A DNA stretch of 64,000 nt from contig CAYZIY010000001.1 of the NCBI GenBank assembly GCA_964478715.1, positions 73,088-137,087 on the forward strand, given 5' to 3'. Shown here in pieces: positions 29,901 to 40,109 of the stretch. The DNA is from an uncultured Planctomycetales bacterium (GTDB lineage: Bacteria > Omnitrophota > Gorgyraeia > Zapsychrales > JBDRMG01). The notes beneath the pieces are model-generated. The model made no database searches and was not told where the DNA came from. It saw only the letters and a list, made by a program, of their open reading frames with translations. The position numbers were made by a program, and so were the translations under genes. Within the stretch, counting starts at the first letter, position 1, and each line of letters begins with the position of its first letter.

Positions 29901-30720
29901 ATTTTTTCTTATCGGCCTGATTTTTTTAGTTTTTATTTGTTGGGCGGCAACCATTCAATTTCTGTGCCTGCTTACCGGCAAGGCATCTCGCATGAAAGCG
30001 GCGGCCTGGAACACGCATTGGTTGATCAACGTGCTTTGCCAAATCGTGGGCTTAAAAATTTCCATCGAAGGTGAAAAACAGTTTTTTGCACAGAGAGGTT
30101 TTTTTATTATCTGCCCGCATGTCAGCTATCTGGACGGATTGATTCTTGGCAGTTGTTTTCCCGGGATTTTTGTTTCCAAAAAGGAAGTGCAGGACTGGCC
30201 GGTGATCGGTCTGGTTGTGGCACTTTCCCAGACCGTATTCATCAATCGACAGAGAAGAAATCAGACGCCGGAATCACTTAAGAAAATCATCCAGGCACTT
30301 AAAAATAGGATCAATATTTTCAGTTTTCCGGAAGGAACTTCCACTAATGGAGAACAATTGCGTACTTTTCAAAGCGTATTTTTTCAGGCTCCCCTAGAGA
30401 GTGGATCGCCGATTCTTCCGGTGAATATTCATTATGAATCCGTTGATTCGGTATCTTTAAAACAATTCAGCCGGGATGAAATTTACTGGTACGGCGATAT
30501 GCCGTTTTTTTCTCATCTGTGGAATATTTTGAAGTTTGGTGAAATAAAGGCACGTGTAAAAATTCATCCTCCTATTTTTCCGGAAATATACCGGTCTACA
30601 GCCGGTCGCAAAGAACTGGCAAAAATCTGCCGGGATTTATTGATAGAGGATACGGATCACTTAAAGACACAAGTGGATCAAGAAATCAACGCTCAGCTGG
30701 AATCCCGCAACCGTGTATGA
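29887..30720 (+). CDS. PlsC/OlsA-type lysophospholipid acyltransferase
   Basis: HVSYLD (HX4D), FVSKKEV, FPEGTST and WYGDM.F..HLW motifs. Confidence 0.88.
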   Translation: MRVIKFFLIGLIFLVFICWAATIQFLCLLTGKASRMKAAAWNTHWLINVLCQIVGLKISIEGEKQFFAQRGFFIICPHVSYLDGLILGSCFPGIFVSKKEVQDWPVIGLVVALSQTVFINRQRRNQTPESLKKIIQALKNRINIFSFPEGTSTNGEQLRTFQSVFFQAPLESGSPILPVNIHYESVDSVSLKQFSRDEIYWYGDMPFFSHLWNILKFGEIKARVKIHPPIFPEIYRSTAGRKELAKICRDLLIEDTDHLKTQVDQEINAQLESRNRV

Positions 30721-32467
30721 CAAAATGAAAAGGATGATCGATTCAGTAGTCAACAATCGCAAAGCGATTGAGGTAGTCATTCTTGTCTTTGGACTGCTGT
30801 TTTTTTCCCAAAGCCTTTCAGTCCACGGTATTGAATACAGAGATGATGAAATATTCTATTTCAATGCCACCAAAGAAATGAGACAAAACCACGAGTACTT
30901 TTCTCCGACTTATTTTGGGAAAGACCGTTTCGCCAAACCGATTCTCTACTACTGGTTTATTCTCTGGTCATATTCTTTGCTGGGAGTTAGCTGGACGGCC
31001 GCCAGAATCACCTCCGTCATAGCGGCCGCTCTCATTCTGGTTTTGACCTGGCTTATAGCTAGAGATCATTTCGGGAAAAGAGTGGCTTTTACCAGTGTTG
31101 TGATTCTTGCGACCTGTCCCATGTTTTTCCGCCATGCCAAGAATGCCGTTCCCGACATGTCCCTCAATCTTTTTGTTGTGCTGGCCGTTTATGCGGTGAT
31201 CCGGTTTTTAAGAAATCCCAATGAAAAGCAATGGCGCTACGTTTTTTTTGTCTCTTGTGCATTGGGATTTATGATCAAGGGTTTTGCCGCCATCATTATT
31301 CCGTTTCTTGTTTCTATTCTTCTGGGTTTTTTGATGCGCAAAAAGTACTGTCTTAAACAGATGAATTTTCCTCTGGGAATAGCTATTTGCCTGATTATCA
31401 TTCTGCCCTGGTTTCTTTATATGGCTCATCGTCACGGCCAGGAATATTTAACCTATATGATTCAGACCGAAACCCTTGAGCGGACCGTCTCTCAAAGTAC
31501 CCAAAATTCCTTAATCACTTTTGGAAAAACCATAATTCGAAATTTTCTTTTTTATTTTCAATCGCTTATGAGTTATTTTGCTCCGTGGTCAATTTTTATT
31601 TTCGGGGCCGTGATTGTCGCTGTTCGGGATCGGGACCGGGATGAGCGTCATCACAGCGGTTTTCTGATCATGCTTGTCTGGTTTTTCTCGGTGTTGGGAT
31701 TTTTTGCTCTCATTTCTCATCGGATCAATCATTTGATCTTGATTTTGACAACACCTTTTGCTATTCTTATTTCTTATTTTCTGTTTAGAAATTTTGACGG
31801 GATAAGCCCCAAAGAGAAGGCTCTTTCCGTTTATCGTACGGGATTCAGCGTTTTTGTTTTACTTGCCGGGATTATAGGGCTCTTATTCGCAAAACTATTT
31901 TTGCTTGAGGCCCATAAAATATGGCTGGTTATTTTCTTAAGTATTATTGTTTTGTTTGTTGTGGCTTTATTCCGGTTTAAAAGAATATCGGTGCTTCCTT
32001 TATCGCTTGGCGCGATGATGATTTTTTCTTTTAGCCAGACGACGCTTCTCTCTGAGGCCGGATTAACATCTCATTCGGTTTTGCAAAAATTTGCCCGTAG
32101 CATCAAAAACCAAAAAGAGGAATCCTGTCGGATTGCCGTTTTGAGTCATCAGATTCACGAAAAAGAGCTTCAGGCCTATTTTGAGACGCCGGTTGAGAAA
32201 ATAGCTGTTACCGATAATGAACTATCACATCAAAAAATATCCGGCTGGATGAAAACGCCTCAGATTAAGTATCTTGTTATCACCCGGGATGATTGGCAGA
32301 AACTGGATCAAGAGAATTTAACGGATGTTCGGGTCATCAAAAGGGACAAAATTGTCCGCCGACATGTCCGCATCGACCAAGAATTTTTTAAAAATTTACT
32401 ATCCTTGAATCAGGAGGCGATCAAGGATTATTTCTTTGAGTCAATTTTGCTGATCAAAAAGGAGTGA
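30713..32467 (+). CDS. ArnT/PMT_2 family GT-C membrane glycosyltransferase
   Basis: DE..Y...KEM, RFAKPILYYW, LGFMIKG and LPWF motifs; many TM helices. Confidence 0.85.
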   Translation: MYDKMKRMIDSVVNNRKAIEVVILVFGLLFFSQSLSVHGIEYRDDEIFYFNATKEMRQNHEYFSPTYFGKDRFAKPILYYWFILWSYSLLGVSWTAARITSVIAAALILVLTWLIARDHFGKRVAFTSVVILATCPMFFRHAKNAVPDMSLNLFVVLAVYAVIRFLRNPNEKQWRYVFFVSCALGFMIKGFAAIIIPFLVSILLGFLMRKKYCLKQMNFPLGIAICLIIILPWFLYMAHRHGQEYLTYMIQTETLERTVSQSTQNSLITFGKTIIRNFLFYFQSLMSYFAPWSIFIFGAVIVAVRDRDRDERHHSGFLIMLVWFFSVLGFFALISHRINHLILILTTPFAILISYFLFRNFDGISPKEKALSVYRTGFSVFVLLAGIIGLLFAKLFLLEAHKIWLVIFLSIIVLFVVALFRFKRISVLPLSLGAMMIFSFSQTTLLSEAGLTSHSVLQKFARSIKNQKEESCRIAVLSHQIHEKELQAYFETPVEKIAVTDNELSHQKISGWMKTPQIKYLVITRDDWQKLDQENLTDVRVIKRDKIVRRHVRIDQEFFKNLLSLNQEAIKDYFFESILLIKKE

Positions 32468-32468
32468 G

Positions 32469-33155
32469 ATGCCGATATATTCTATTGTTATTCCAATTTA
32501 CAATGAAGAAGATTCGATTGATCCGCTTGTCGGGGAGATGACCGGAGTCATGAACACCATGGGAGATTCCTATGAGATAATTTTTGTGAATGATGGGTCG
32601 GATGATCGCTCTTTGGCTCTCATGGAACATTATCAGAAAAAAGACAATCAGATCTTTCATCTTATTGATGGAAAGAAAAGAAAAGGCCAGACACTGGCTC
32701 TGCGAGACGGACTTTTCGCCGCCAGAGGTGATTTGATTATTACTATGGACGCGGATCTTCAGAATGATCCGAAAGATATTCCGGCCATGGTGGACAAGCT
32801 TAAAGAGGGATACGATGTGGTCTGTGGCTGGCGCAAAGGACGGCAGGATAAACCGCTTAAGAGGTTTCTGTCAAAATTTGGCAATTATCTGCAGCGTATT
32901 ATTTCGGGGATGCGTATTCACGATGTTTCCTGCACATTACGATTATACCGCAGGGAGTGTATTGATAAATTAAACTTGGGCTGGGAGGGTCAGCATCGGT
33001 TTATCCCTTTAATCCTTAAGAAAAAAGGGTTTAAGATCGGAGAAATTGTCAGCCACCATCGGAATCGGCAGTTTGGCCGTTCGAAATACAATCATAAACG
33101 AATTTTTAAAGTGATGGCCGATTTTTTCCGTATTCTCTGGGGGAGAAAAGCATGA
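32469..33155 (+). CDS. GT2 polyprenol-phosphate glycosyltransferase (ArnC-like)
   Basis: SIVIPIYNEE, VNDGSDD, TMDADLQNDP, HRFIP and R.FG.SKY motifs. Confidence 0.9.
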   Translation: MPIYSIVIPIYNEEDSIDPLVGEMTGVMNTMGDSYEIIFVNDGSDDRSLALMEHYQKKDNQIFHLIDGKKRKGQTLALRDGLFAARGDLIITMDADLQNDPKDIPAMVDKLKEGYDVVCGWRKGRQDKPLKRFLSKFGNYLQRIISGMRIHDVSCTLRLYRRECIDKLNLGWEGQHRFIPLILKKKGFKIGEIVSHHRNRQFGRSKYNHKRIFKVMADFFRILWGRKA

Positions 33156-33430
33156 TCAACGGATGGATAATTTTTGGATTTTTCGGACAACTGCTTTTTG
33201 GGATGCGTTTTATCATTCAATGGATTTGTTCCGAAAAAAGAAAACGCAGCTATATCCCGCTGGTTTTTTGGTATTTAAGTATTAGCGGGGGGGTCATCTT
33301 ATTTATTTATGCAATCCACCGGCAAGATCCGGTTTTTATTGTCGGACAGGGGATGGGGCTTTTCATTTATGTCCGCAATTTGTTCTTAATTGCACAGCAC
33401 AAGAAAAATAATCCTAAATCGGAAATCTAA
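33152..33430 (+). CDS. Lipid A biosynthesis N-terminal domain (LAB_N) membrane protein
   Basis: GFFGQLLF..RF..QW..SE, FWYLS, DPVFIVGQ and YVRNL motifs. Confidence 0.9.
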   Translation: MINGWIIFGFFGQLLFGMRFIIQWICSEKRKRSYIPLVFWYLSISGGVILFIYAIHRQDPVFIVGQGMGLFIYVRNLFLIAQHKKNNPKSEI

Positions 33431-33447
33431 CATTCCTGGAGGTTGTC

Positions 33448-33741
33448 ATGAAAAAAATAATTCTTTCTCTGATTATGGTTATTCTTATCAGCTCTGCATG
33501 TTTTGCATTTAAGCCCGCAATAAATGTTTTGTCAAAAGCCGAAATAGGAAAGTTGAGCGATCAGGCACTCAATGAGGCCTATATTGACGTGGAAGTGGAG
33601 ATAGATGCATTAAAAACATTTCATACTACCAGCGGTTTTATGCCGAAAGATTATGAAAAGTTTAAAGAAATATTGCGGTACCGGATATTTTTAATTCAAG
33701 AAATGGATAAAAGGAACATTGATGTTCCGCGGGTCCGATAG
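33448..33741 (+). CDS. Small exported hypothetical protein
   Basis: GGAGG SD; signal peptide MKKIILSLIMVILISSACFA. Confidence 0.75.
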   Translation: MKKIILSLIMVILISSACFAFKPAINVLSKAEIGKLSDQALNEAYIDVEVEIDALKTFHTTSGFMPKDYEKFKEILRYRIFLIQEMDKRNIDVPRVR

Positions 33742-33791
33742 ACGCGTTTTTACTGAACCCCTAAGATTTTTAAAGAAGGGAATGATCAGCA

Positions 33792-34355
33792 ATGAATGAA
33801 CCTAAGACCGATCAAGCGAGAGAGGATCTACTCAATATTCTAAGAAGGGATGCGTATTTTCAGGAAAAAATCATTTTGTCATCCGGAAAAGAAAGTAATT
33901 ATTATATCGACGCCAGACGTGTGACTTTATCGGCCCGGGGCGCTTATTTATGCGCGCAGGTGATCTTGAGCATGATTCGCAGCGATCATCCCGATGCTCT
34001 CGGTGGGCCAACGATGGGCGCAGATCCCTTGGTCGGCGCTATTGCCGCGGTCAGCTTTGCTCAAGGATGCCCGGTTGATGTTTTTATTATTCGCAAGAAA
34101 CCAAAAGCTTATGGCAAACAACAGCAGATTGAGGGTCCGCTGTTCAAAGAGAACTCGCGGGTGATTTTGATCGATGATGTGGCCACAACCGGAAAGTCCC
34201 TTGTGGAATCGATTGATGTTTTAGAAAAAATGAGTATCAGGGTTTCTAAAGCCCTTTGTCTTGTCGATCGCGGTGAGGGGGCTCGTGAAGTGCTCTCCGG
34301 CAAAGGATGCGAGCTTTGCTCGGTCTTTACTTTATCTGATTTTCGCAACAGTTAA
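33792..34355 (+). CDS. pyrE: Orotate phosphoribosyltransferase
   Basis: LSSGKESNYYIDAR, RKKPKAYG, LIDDVATTGKS and VDR motifs. Confidence 0.95.
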   Translation: MNEPKTDQAREDLLNILRRDAYFQEKIILSSGKESNYYIDARRVTLSARGAYLCAQVILSMIRSDHPDALGGPTMGADPLVGAIAAVSFAQGCPVDVFIIRKKPKAYGKQQQIEGPLFKENSRVILIDDVATTGKSLVESIDVLEKMSIRVSKALCLVDRGEGAREVLSGKGCELCSVFTLSDFRNS

Positions 34356-34370
34356 TCTTGTAATCCCATC

Positions 34371-35702
34371 ATGCCTAAGAAGTCAAAAATTATTTTGGCG
34401 TCGACTTCCAGACAGCGGCTGAAGCTCATGCGGCAGGCGGGTTTCTCTTTTACTGTCCAAAGAAGTTCGGTTGAAGAAAGAAGAGATAAGAAAGGCGGTT
34501 GCGCTGAGCTGGTCAAGCACAATGCTTTATTGAAAGCGAAAGATGTCGCGCAGAATCAGAAAAACGCGATAGTGATCGGCGCCGATACTCTGGCCTATGC
34601 TGGAGATGGCCGGATTATTGGCAAGCCCCGCGATATTAAAGAGGCTAAAAAGGTTCTCCGGATTCTCTGCAGCCGACCGCAATGGATTTATACCGGTGTC
34701 GCCCTTATCAATACCCGCACCAATAAAGTGCTGACGGATTATGAAAAGACAAAAGTTTTTATGCGCAAGCTTGGCAACCGGGAGATCGATCGCTATTATC
34801 AGATGATTTCTCCTTTCGATAAAGCCGGTGGTTTTGATATTGAAGGAAAGGGGAGTCTTTTTATCGAGCGTATTGAAGGTTGTTTTTCCAATGTGGTTGG
34901 TTTGCCGATTGCCAAACTGTGCAAAATGCTCCAAGAAATAGGAGTTCGTATCCTTTCATTAATACTGATCTGCCTGTGCTTTGGCTGCGCGACAGAATAT
35001 AATTTGGCGACACAGAAGCAGGAGACGTATCTTTATTCAACAGAAAAAGAAGCGGCAATGGGAGCAAATATGGCCATGGGGCTGGAGAAAGAATACAAGA
35101 TCAGCGACAACACCTTGATCCATCAGAGACTTCAGGAAATCGGAGACCGCCTGGTTGCGGTTTGCGATCGCAAAGATCTTGTCTTCACATTTAAAGTGAT
35201 CGACGACAAAGAGATTGTCAATGCCCTGGCTTTACCGGGAGGTTTTATCTATATCTTTCAGGGATTGATTAAAGAGACAGCCAGTGATGATGAACTGGCT
35301 TCCGTTTTAGCCCATGAAATCGGCCATGTGGCGGCCCGGCATAATATCAAGAAGATCCAGACTCTTTATGGCTATACTTTTCTGAAACTACTGGCTATGC
35401 AAACCAATGATCCGGATGCCGTTAAAGGTGTTGATGCCGCTTTTCTGACCGCCTTTACCGCTTATTCGCAGAACGATGAGCTCGAAGCGGACCGTTTGAG
35501 CGTTAAATATTTGAAACGAGCAGGCTATGATCCCATGGCGACAGTGAGTATGCTGAAAACTCTTAAGCGATTACAGGAGAAAGAACCAACTCGTAAGCAC
35601 AGCTATTGGCGGACTCACCCTTATCTCTCCAAACGTATTGCGGCCGCGCGTCAGGCGGTTTCCGGGAAAATGGAATTCAGGGATTATATCAATATCCGAT
35701 GA
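34371..35702 (+). CDS. Maf nucleotide pyrophosphatase fused to M48 zinc metalloprotease
   Basis: Maf motifs ILASTS..R, IGADT, GKP, DKAGG and NVVGLP; then a hydrophobic lipobox segment; then M48 motifs NALALPGG, HEIGH, ELEAD and THP. Confidence 0.88.
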   Translation: MPKKSKIILASTSRQRLKLMRQAGFSFTVQRSSVEERRDKKGGCAELVKHNALLKAKDVAQNQKNAIVIGADTLAYAGDGRIIGKPRDIKEAKKVLRILCSRPQWIYTGVALINTRTNKVLTDYEKTKVFMRKLGNREIDRYYQMISPFDKAGGFDIEGKGSLFIERIEGCFSNVVGLPIAKLCKMLQEIGVRILSLILICLCFGCATEYNLATQKQETYLYSTEKEAAMGANMAMGLEKEYKISDNTLIHQRLQEIGDRLVAVCDRKDLVFTFKVIDDKEIVNALALPGGFIYIFQGLIKETASDDELASVLAHEIGHVAARHNIKKIQTLYGYTFLKLLAMQTNDPDAVKGVDAAFLTAFTAYSQNDELEADRLSVKYLKRAGYDPMATVSMLKTLKRLQEKEPTRKHSYWRTHPYLSKRIAAARQAVSGKMEFRDYINIR

Positions 35703-36166
35703 AAACAAGACTCGTTATCTTGTGGTTGATTCTGGCTGTTGTAGTGATTTATTTCACTCTACTTTCTGGTTGTCAGAAATCGAAAAACATGCAAATACCT
35801 TTTGTTTGTTTTGAGCAGGCATGCATTAATGTTGAGCTGGCGATTGATCAGCCGATGCGAACAAAGGGTCTGATGGGCCGATCCGATCTCGCTGAGAATC
35901 GGGGCATGCTTTTTGTCTTTGATTCTTTGGGGAGACATTCTTTCTGGATGAAAAATACCTTGATTAATCTGGATATGATTTGGATGGATGCCCGCAGAAA
36001 AGTTATTCATATCGAGGAAGACGTTCCTCCCTGCAGGCAACGTAACTGCCCGGTCTACATCCCTGAAGAGGAAGCCCTTTATGTTTTGGAGGTCAATGCC
36101 GGATGGAGTGACAAGCATGATCTTAAGAAAGGGCAGTTCGCGCAGTTTTATATCAACAATCCATAG
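35699..36166 (+). CDS. DUF192 family lipoprotein
   Basis: GLMGR, GMLFVF, FWMKNT and YVLEVNAG motifs; lipobox LSGC; ATGA overlap with the upstream stop. Confidence 0.9.
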   Translation: MKTRLVILWLILAVVVIYFTLLSGCQKSKNMQIPFVCFEQACINVELAIDQPMRTKGLMGRSDLAENRGMLFVFDSLGRHSFWMKNTLINLDMIWMDARRKVIHIEEDVPPCRQRNCPVYIPEEEALYVLEVNAGWSDKHDLKKGQFAQFYINNP

Positions 36167-36198
36167 AAAAGAACAGGGTCTTTTGATAAAATATACGC

Positions 36199-37692
36199 AT
36201 GATCATTGAACTCAATATTTTTGACCCCATCCAGTATGAACTGAATCCTTTCTTTATTCCGCCGTTTCTTATCGCTTGTTTAGTTTTATTTTTTGGTTTT
36301 TTTGTGTTGAGCTTGGAACGCCGCTCTCCTTTTAACAGATCCTTTCTTTATCTTTGTATCAGCACAAGCGTTTGGCTGGGTGGACAGAGTCTGATTTTAA
36401 GCGGAAAATACCAAAATATTATATTTTTCTGGTCGAGGATTATGTATGTCGGTCTCATTTTTATTGCCGCGACTCTTTTGCATCTTTCTGTCGCTTACAC
36501 AGACAGATTACAGAAAGAAAAACAGACGATAGCTTTGAATTATGTTTTTGCCTGCGGGCTTTCTTTGATTCTCTGGAAACCCGGAATTTTTACAGGCTTA
36601 AGGCATTACCAGTGGGGCGCTTATCCGGATGCCGGTGGACCAGCGCCTTATTTTTTAATTTTTCTATTATTTTGTCCGATTTTAGGATTAGCGAATTTGA
36701 TCAGCTATTACCGCAAAGCATCAACGATTCTGGTCAGAAAACGCACGAAACATCTGATGATCGGATTTATTTTTGTTTCTCTAAGCAATGTCGATATTGT
36801 CCCTAGCTATGGGTTGGCGATTTATCCTTTTGGCTATATTGCCGTATTGTGTTTTATTCTCAGCATTATTTACTCTATCATCAAGTACCACAACTTGATG
36901 GTTCAGAGTTATTCCCTGGAATTGAGAGAAGAAGTGGATAAAAAAACCCGGCAACTTTCCGGAGCTGTTGAACAGCTTAAGGCGACACAGGTCAAGCTTT
37001 TTGAGACTGGGAAGATTTCGGCTATGGCTTCTTTGAGCGCGGGCATTCTCCACCAAATTAGCCAGCCGATCACCGCGATTCACGGATTTGTAAAATTTAT
37101 GCGCAAGGAAATGAAAGAAAACGATCCTTTTTTTAAACCCGTCATCTTAATGGATGAGCAGAGCCAGTATTTAAAGAGCATGCTCGAAGATTTAATGGAA
37201 TTAATCCGTCATAGAAAGATCAAGAAGGATTACGTCAATGTGAATCAATCGCTTAAAAAAGCGGTTGACTTGCTGACTGATGAGATCAGGATCCGTCGCG
37301 TTGAACTGCAGGTGAATATGGCTGAGTCCCTGCCGACGGTTTATGCCGATGCGATTCATCTGCAGCAGATCTTCATGAATATTATGGTCAATGCCATTCA
37401 GGCGCTCAGCAATCTGGAAAAAGGCGCTCTAAGACGTCTTTTAGTTGTGACTCGCTACGAAGAGACTGCTCAAGAGGTTGTGATCGCCTTTCGTGATTCG
37501 GGACCGGGTCTCAGTCAAGATGACAAAAATAATGTCTTTGAACCCTTCTTTTCTACAAAAACAAAAGGATCGGGTATCGGCTTGGCCTTATGTAAAGATC
37601 TGATTGCAGAGCATGGCGGAACTATTGATGTGGTTAGCGACGGTTGGCAGGGAGCGACGTTTGTGATCAAGATTCCCAAGGCGACGCCTTAA
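36199..37692 (+). CDS. Sensor histidine kinase with N-terminal 7TM region
   Basis: About 7 TM helices, H-box AGILHQISQP, and N, G1 (DSGPG), F and G2 (KGSGIGL) boxes. Confidence 0.9.
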   Translation: MIIELNIFDPIQYELNPFFIPPFLIACLVLFFGFFVLSLERRSPFNRSFLYLCISTSVWLGGQSLILSGKYQNIIFFWSRIMYVGLIFIAATLLHLSVAYTDRLQKEKQTIALNYVFACGLSLILWKPGIFTGLRHYQWGAYPDAGGPAPYFLIFLLFCPILGLANLISYYRKASTILVRKRTKHLMIGFIFVSLSNVDIVPSYGLAIYPFGYIAVLCFILSIIYSIIKYHNLMVQSYSLELREEVDKKTRQLSGAVEQLKATQVKLFETGKISAMASLSAGILHQISQPITAIHGFVKFMRKEMKENDPFFKPVILMDEQSQYLKSMLEDLMELIRHRKIKKDYVNVNQSLKKAVDLLTDEIRIRRVELQVNMAESLPTVYADAIHLQQIFMNIMVNAIQALSNLEKGALRRLLVVTRYEETAQEVVIAFRDSGPGLSQDDKNNVFEPFFSTKTKGSGIGLALCKDLIAEHGGTIDVVSDGWQGATFVIKIPKATP

Positions 37693-37748
37693 AGAATGAT
37701 GATAAAATAGCTTTTCCTGGGTCGAAATTCATCTTATAATAGGGACCA

Positions 37749-38123
37749 ATGGCAGAAAAATTGAATATTTTGGTTGTTGACGATAAACGTGTGATCGGAG
37801 ATCTATTCGAGTTTACACTCGGACATCGCGGACATCGGGTTGTTTACTGTGATCAGGCCCGCTTAGCCTGCGAAGCCGTCAAAAGAGAAGATTTTGATAT
37901 TGCCTTCATTGATGTGGTCATGCCGGGAATCGAAGGTGAAGACGTTTATAAAACCATCAATAAGATAGCCCCCAATCTTCCGATTGTGATAATGAGCGGA
38001 TATTCGGTAGACGACAAAAGAAAAGAAGCGATCGAAATGGGGGCTGTTGCCTGCCTGAAAAAGCCTTTCGAAATGGATGAAGCCATCAAGATCATTAAAG
38101 GAATATTCGGAAAAGAGATTTAA
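37749..38123 (+). CDS. Stand-alone response regulator (receiver domain)
   Basis: ILVVDD, IDVVMP, MSGY and KKPF motifs. Confidence 0.92.
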   Translation: MAEKLNILVVDDKRVIGDLFEFTLGHRGHRVVYCDQARLACEAVKREDFDIAFIDVVMPGIEGEDVYKTINKIAPNLPIVIMSGYSVDDKRKEAIEMGAVACLKKPFEMDEAIKIIKGIFGKEI

Positions 38124-38204
38124 AGTACCGGAAGTCTCATTTTATTTTACTCTACCCAGGATTAACAATAACGACTTACCGTTTTAATCGCTCGGAGATG
38201 GTTA

Positions 38205-38579
38205 GTGTATAAAAAATTAAATATTCTTGTTATCGATGATGTTAAGATCATTGCTGATTTCTTTGAGTATACTCTCGGGCTGCATGGGCATAGGATCACG
38301 TTTGCTGAGAGTGCTTTGCGGGCTTTTGAAGCCGTACGCCACAATTCGTTCGACATTGTTTTTCTGGATATTGTCATGCCGCACATAGACGGGGTCCAAA
38401 CTTTCAAAACCATTTGTTCTCTGAAGCCGGATCTGCCCATTGTTGTGATCAGCGGATATTCAACGGAGGCCAAAAGAAAAGAAATCATCGAACTTGGTGC
38501 GGTTGCTTGTCTGGTCAAGCCCTTCTACATGGATGATATCAAGCAAATTATTCACGGAGTTTTAGGAGTCGAAGCATAG
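38205..38579 (+). CDS. Stand-alone response regulator, tandem paralog of 37749
   Basis: ILVIDD, LDIVMP, ISGY and VKPF motifs; GTG start after GGAG. Confidence 0.9.
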   Translation: MYKKLNILVIDDVKIIADFFEYTLGLHGHRITFAESALRAFEAVRHNSFDIVFLDIVMPHIDGVQTFKTICSLKPDLPIVVISGYSTEAKRKEIIELGAVACLVKPFYMDDIKQIIHGVLGVEA

Positions 38580-38585
38580 GATTTT

Positions 38586-39998
38586 CTAGATTTTCGGCCG
38601 GTAAATTGAAAGACTGCTTCCCAAAATCATTTCAGAGCATTCGCTCAAAGTTTCCGAAAGCGTAGGATGGGGATGGATGACAGTGGTTAAATCGTGTGCC
38701 GTTAGGCCCTGTTCAATGGCGCAGACGGCTTCACCGATCAGCTCTCCGGCGTTTACCCCCACGATGCATGCTCCGAGAATCTTTTTTGATGTACGGTCAC
38801 AGATGATTTTTGTAAAACCTTCACAGCGATTGAGGGTAACCGCACGTCCGCAAGCCATCCAAGGATAACGGCCCACATCTACAGTGAACCCTTTTAAGTC
38901 GGCTTCTTTTTCTGTTAATCCGCACCAGGCTACCTCGGGATCAGTGAAAATAACGTTGGGGATAGTTTTTCCCGAAGGATCAAAACGGCGGCCGGCAATC
39001 GATTCGGCCACAGCCTTTCCTTCGAAAGAAGCTTTGTGGGCAAGCATCGGTCCTTTTACCACATCGCCCAGAGCATAAATTTCGCAGGCAGAGGTTTGAT
39101 AAGAGGAATCGATCTGAATTTTTCCTTTTTCATCGCAAGCGATCGAGGCATGGGCAAGTCCTAAGGTTTCCGTGCGGACTTCGCGGCCAGTAGCTACGAT
39201 GACGCGGTCAAAAAGTTGTTCGCGAATGTCCAGCCCTTGAAAACGGACAATCAGTCCTTTGTCTGTTTCTTTGAAATCAACAACCTTTGTACGAAGAAAA
39301 ATATTTTCAAAAATTTCTCTTAATTTTTTATTGAGGACCTGCAAGACGTCCTGATCACTGCCGGGAAGAAGAGACTCGGTCATCTCGACGATGGTGACCT
39401 TTGAACCCAGAGCGCTGTAGATCGTGCCCATCTCAAGCCCGATATAACCTCCGCCGATAACCAGGAGTCTTTCTGGAATATCTCTGATATTCAGGGCCGA
39501 AGTAGAATTCATCAGACGGTCGGAAGAAAGAGGAGTCTGAAGATTGCGCGGGCTGGATCCTGTAGCAATAACGGCTTTTTCAAAAGAAAGTTGTTTCTTT
39601 GAACCGTCAATTTTTTCTATGATGATTTGACGTGGTCCCGTGAAAGAGGCCTGTCCCTGAATCAGATCGATATTACGCCGGTGAGCCAGTTGTTTGAGTC
39701 CGGTTTCCAGTCTGGCGATTACGCTGTCTTTACGTGTTCGCAGGCGCGAGAGATCAATTTTGGGATCAGAAAAAGTGACTCCATAGTCTTGAGCCTCTTT
39801 GGATTCCCGGATGATTCTTGCGGCATGAAGAAGGGTTTTTGACGGAATACATCCTTCACGCAAGCAAATACCGCCCAGTCTCGGACTTTGATCAATGAGA
39901 GTGACCTTAAGGCCCAAATCGGCAGCCCGGAAAGCTGCGGCCGATCCGCCAGGACCAGCGCCGATTACAAGAAGTTGGGAATGATTATGGTTTTCCAT
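38586..39998 (-). CDS. lpdA: Dihydrolipoyl dehydrogenase
   Basis: GAGPGG, GGICLREGCIPSK redox disulfide, IGGGYIGLE and HPHPTLSE motifs. Confidence 0.95.
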   Translation of the reverse strand: MENHNHSQLLVIGAGPGGSAAAFRAADLGLKVTLIDQSPRLGGICLREGCIPSKTLLHAARIIRESKEAQDYGVTFSDPKIDLSRLRTRKDSVIARLETGLKQLAHRRNIDLIQGQASFTGPRQIIIEKIDGSKKQLSFEKAVIATGSSPRNLQTPLSSDRLMNSTSALNIRDIPERLLVIGGGYIGLEMGTIYSALGSKVTIVEMTESLLPGSDQDVLQVLNKKLREIFENIFLRTKVVDFKETDKGLIVRFQGLDIREQLFDRVIVATGREVRTETLGLAHASIACDEKGKIQIDSSYQTSACEIYALGDVVKGPMLAHKASFEGKAVAESIAGRRFDPSGKTIPNVIFTDPEVAWCGLTEKEADLKGFTVDVGRYPWMACGRAVTLNRCEGFTKIICDRTSKKILGACIVGVNAGELIGEAVCAIEQGLTAHDLTTVIHPHPTLSETLSECSEMILGSSLSIYRPKI

Positions 39999-40025
39999 TT
40001 ATTAGAAAAGAGGTATCAGTAAATA

Positions 40026-40109
40026 TGCTGGAGGAGAGACTCGAACTCTCACGGGATCACTCCCACACGCCCCTGAAACGTGCGTGTCTACCAATTTCAC
40101 CACTCCAGC
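40026..40109 (-). tRNA. tRNA-Leu(CAG)
   Basis: Minus strand GCTGGAG...CTCCAGC-A acceptor stem; D-loop TGGTA; anticodon arm CACGT-TTCAGGG-GCGTG; long variable arm; GTTCGAG T-loop; CCA not encoded. Confidence 0.95.
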
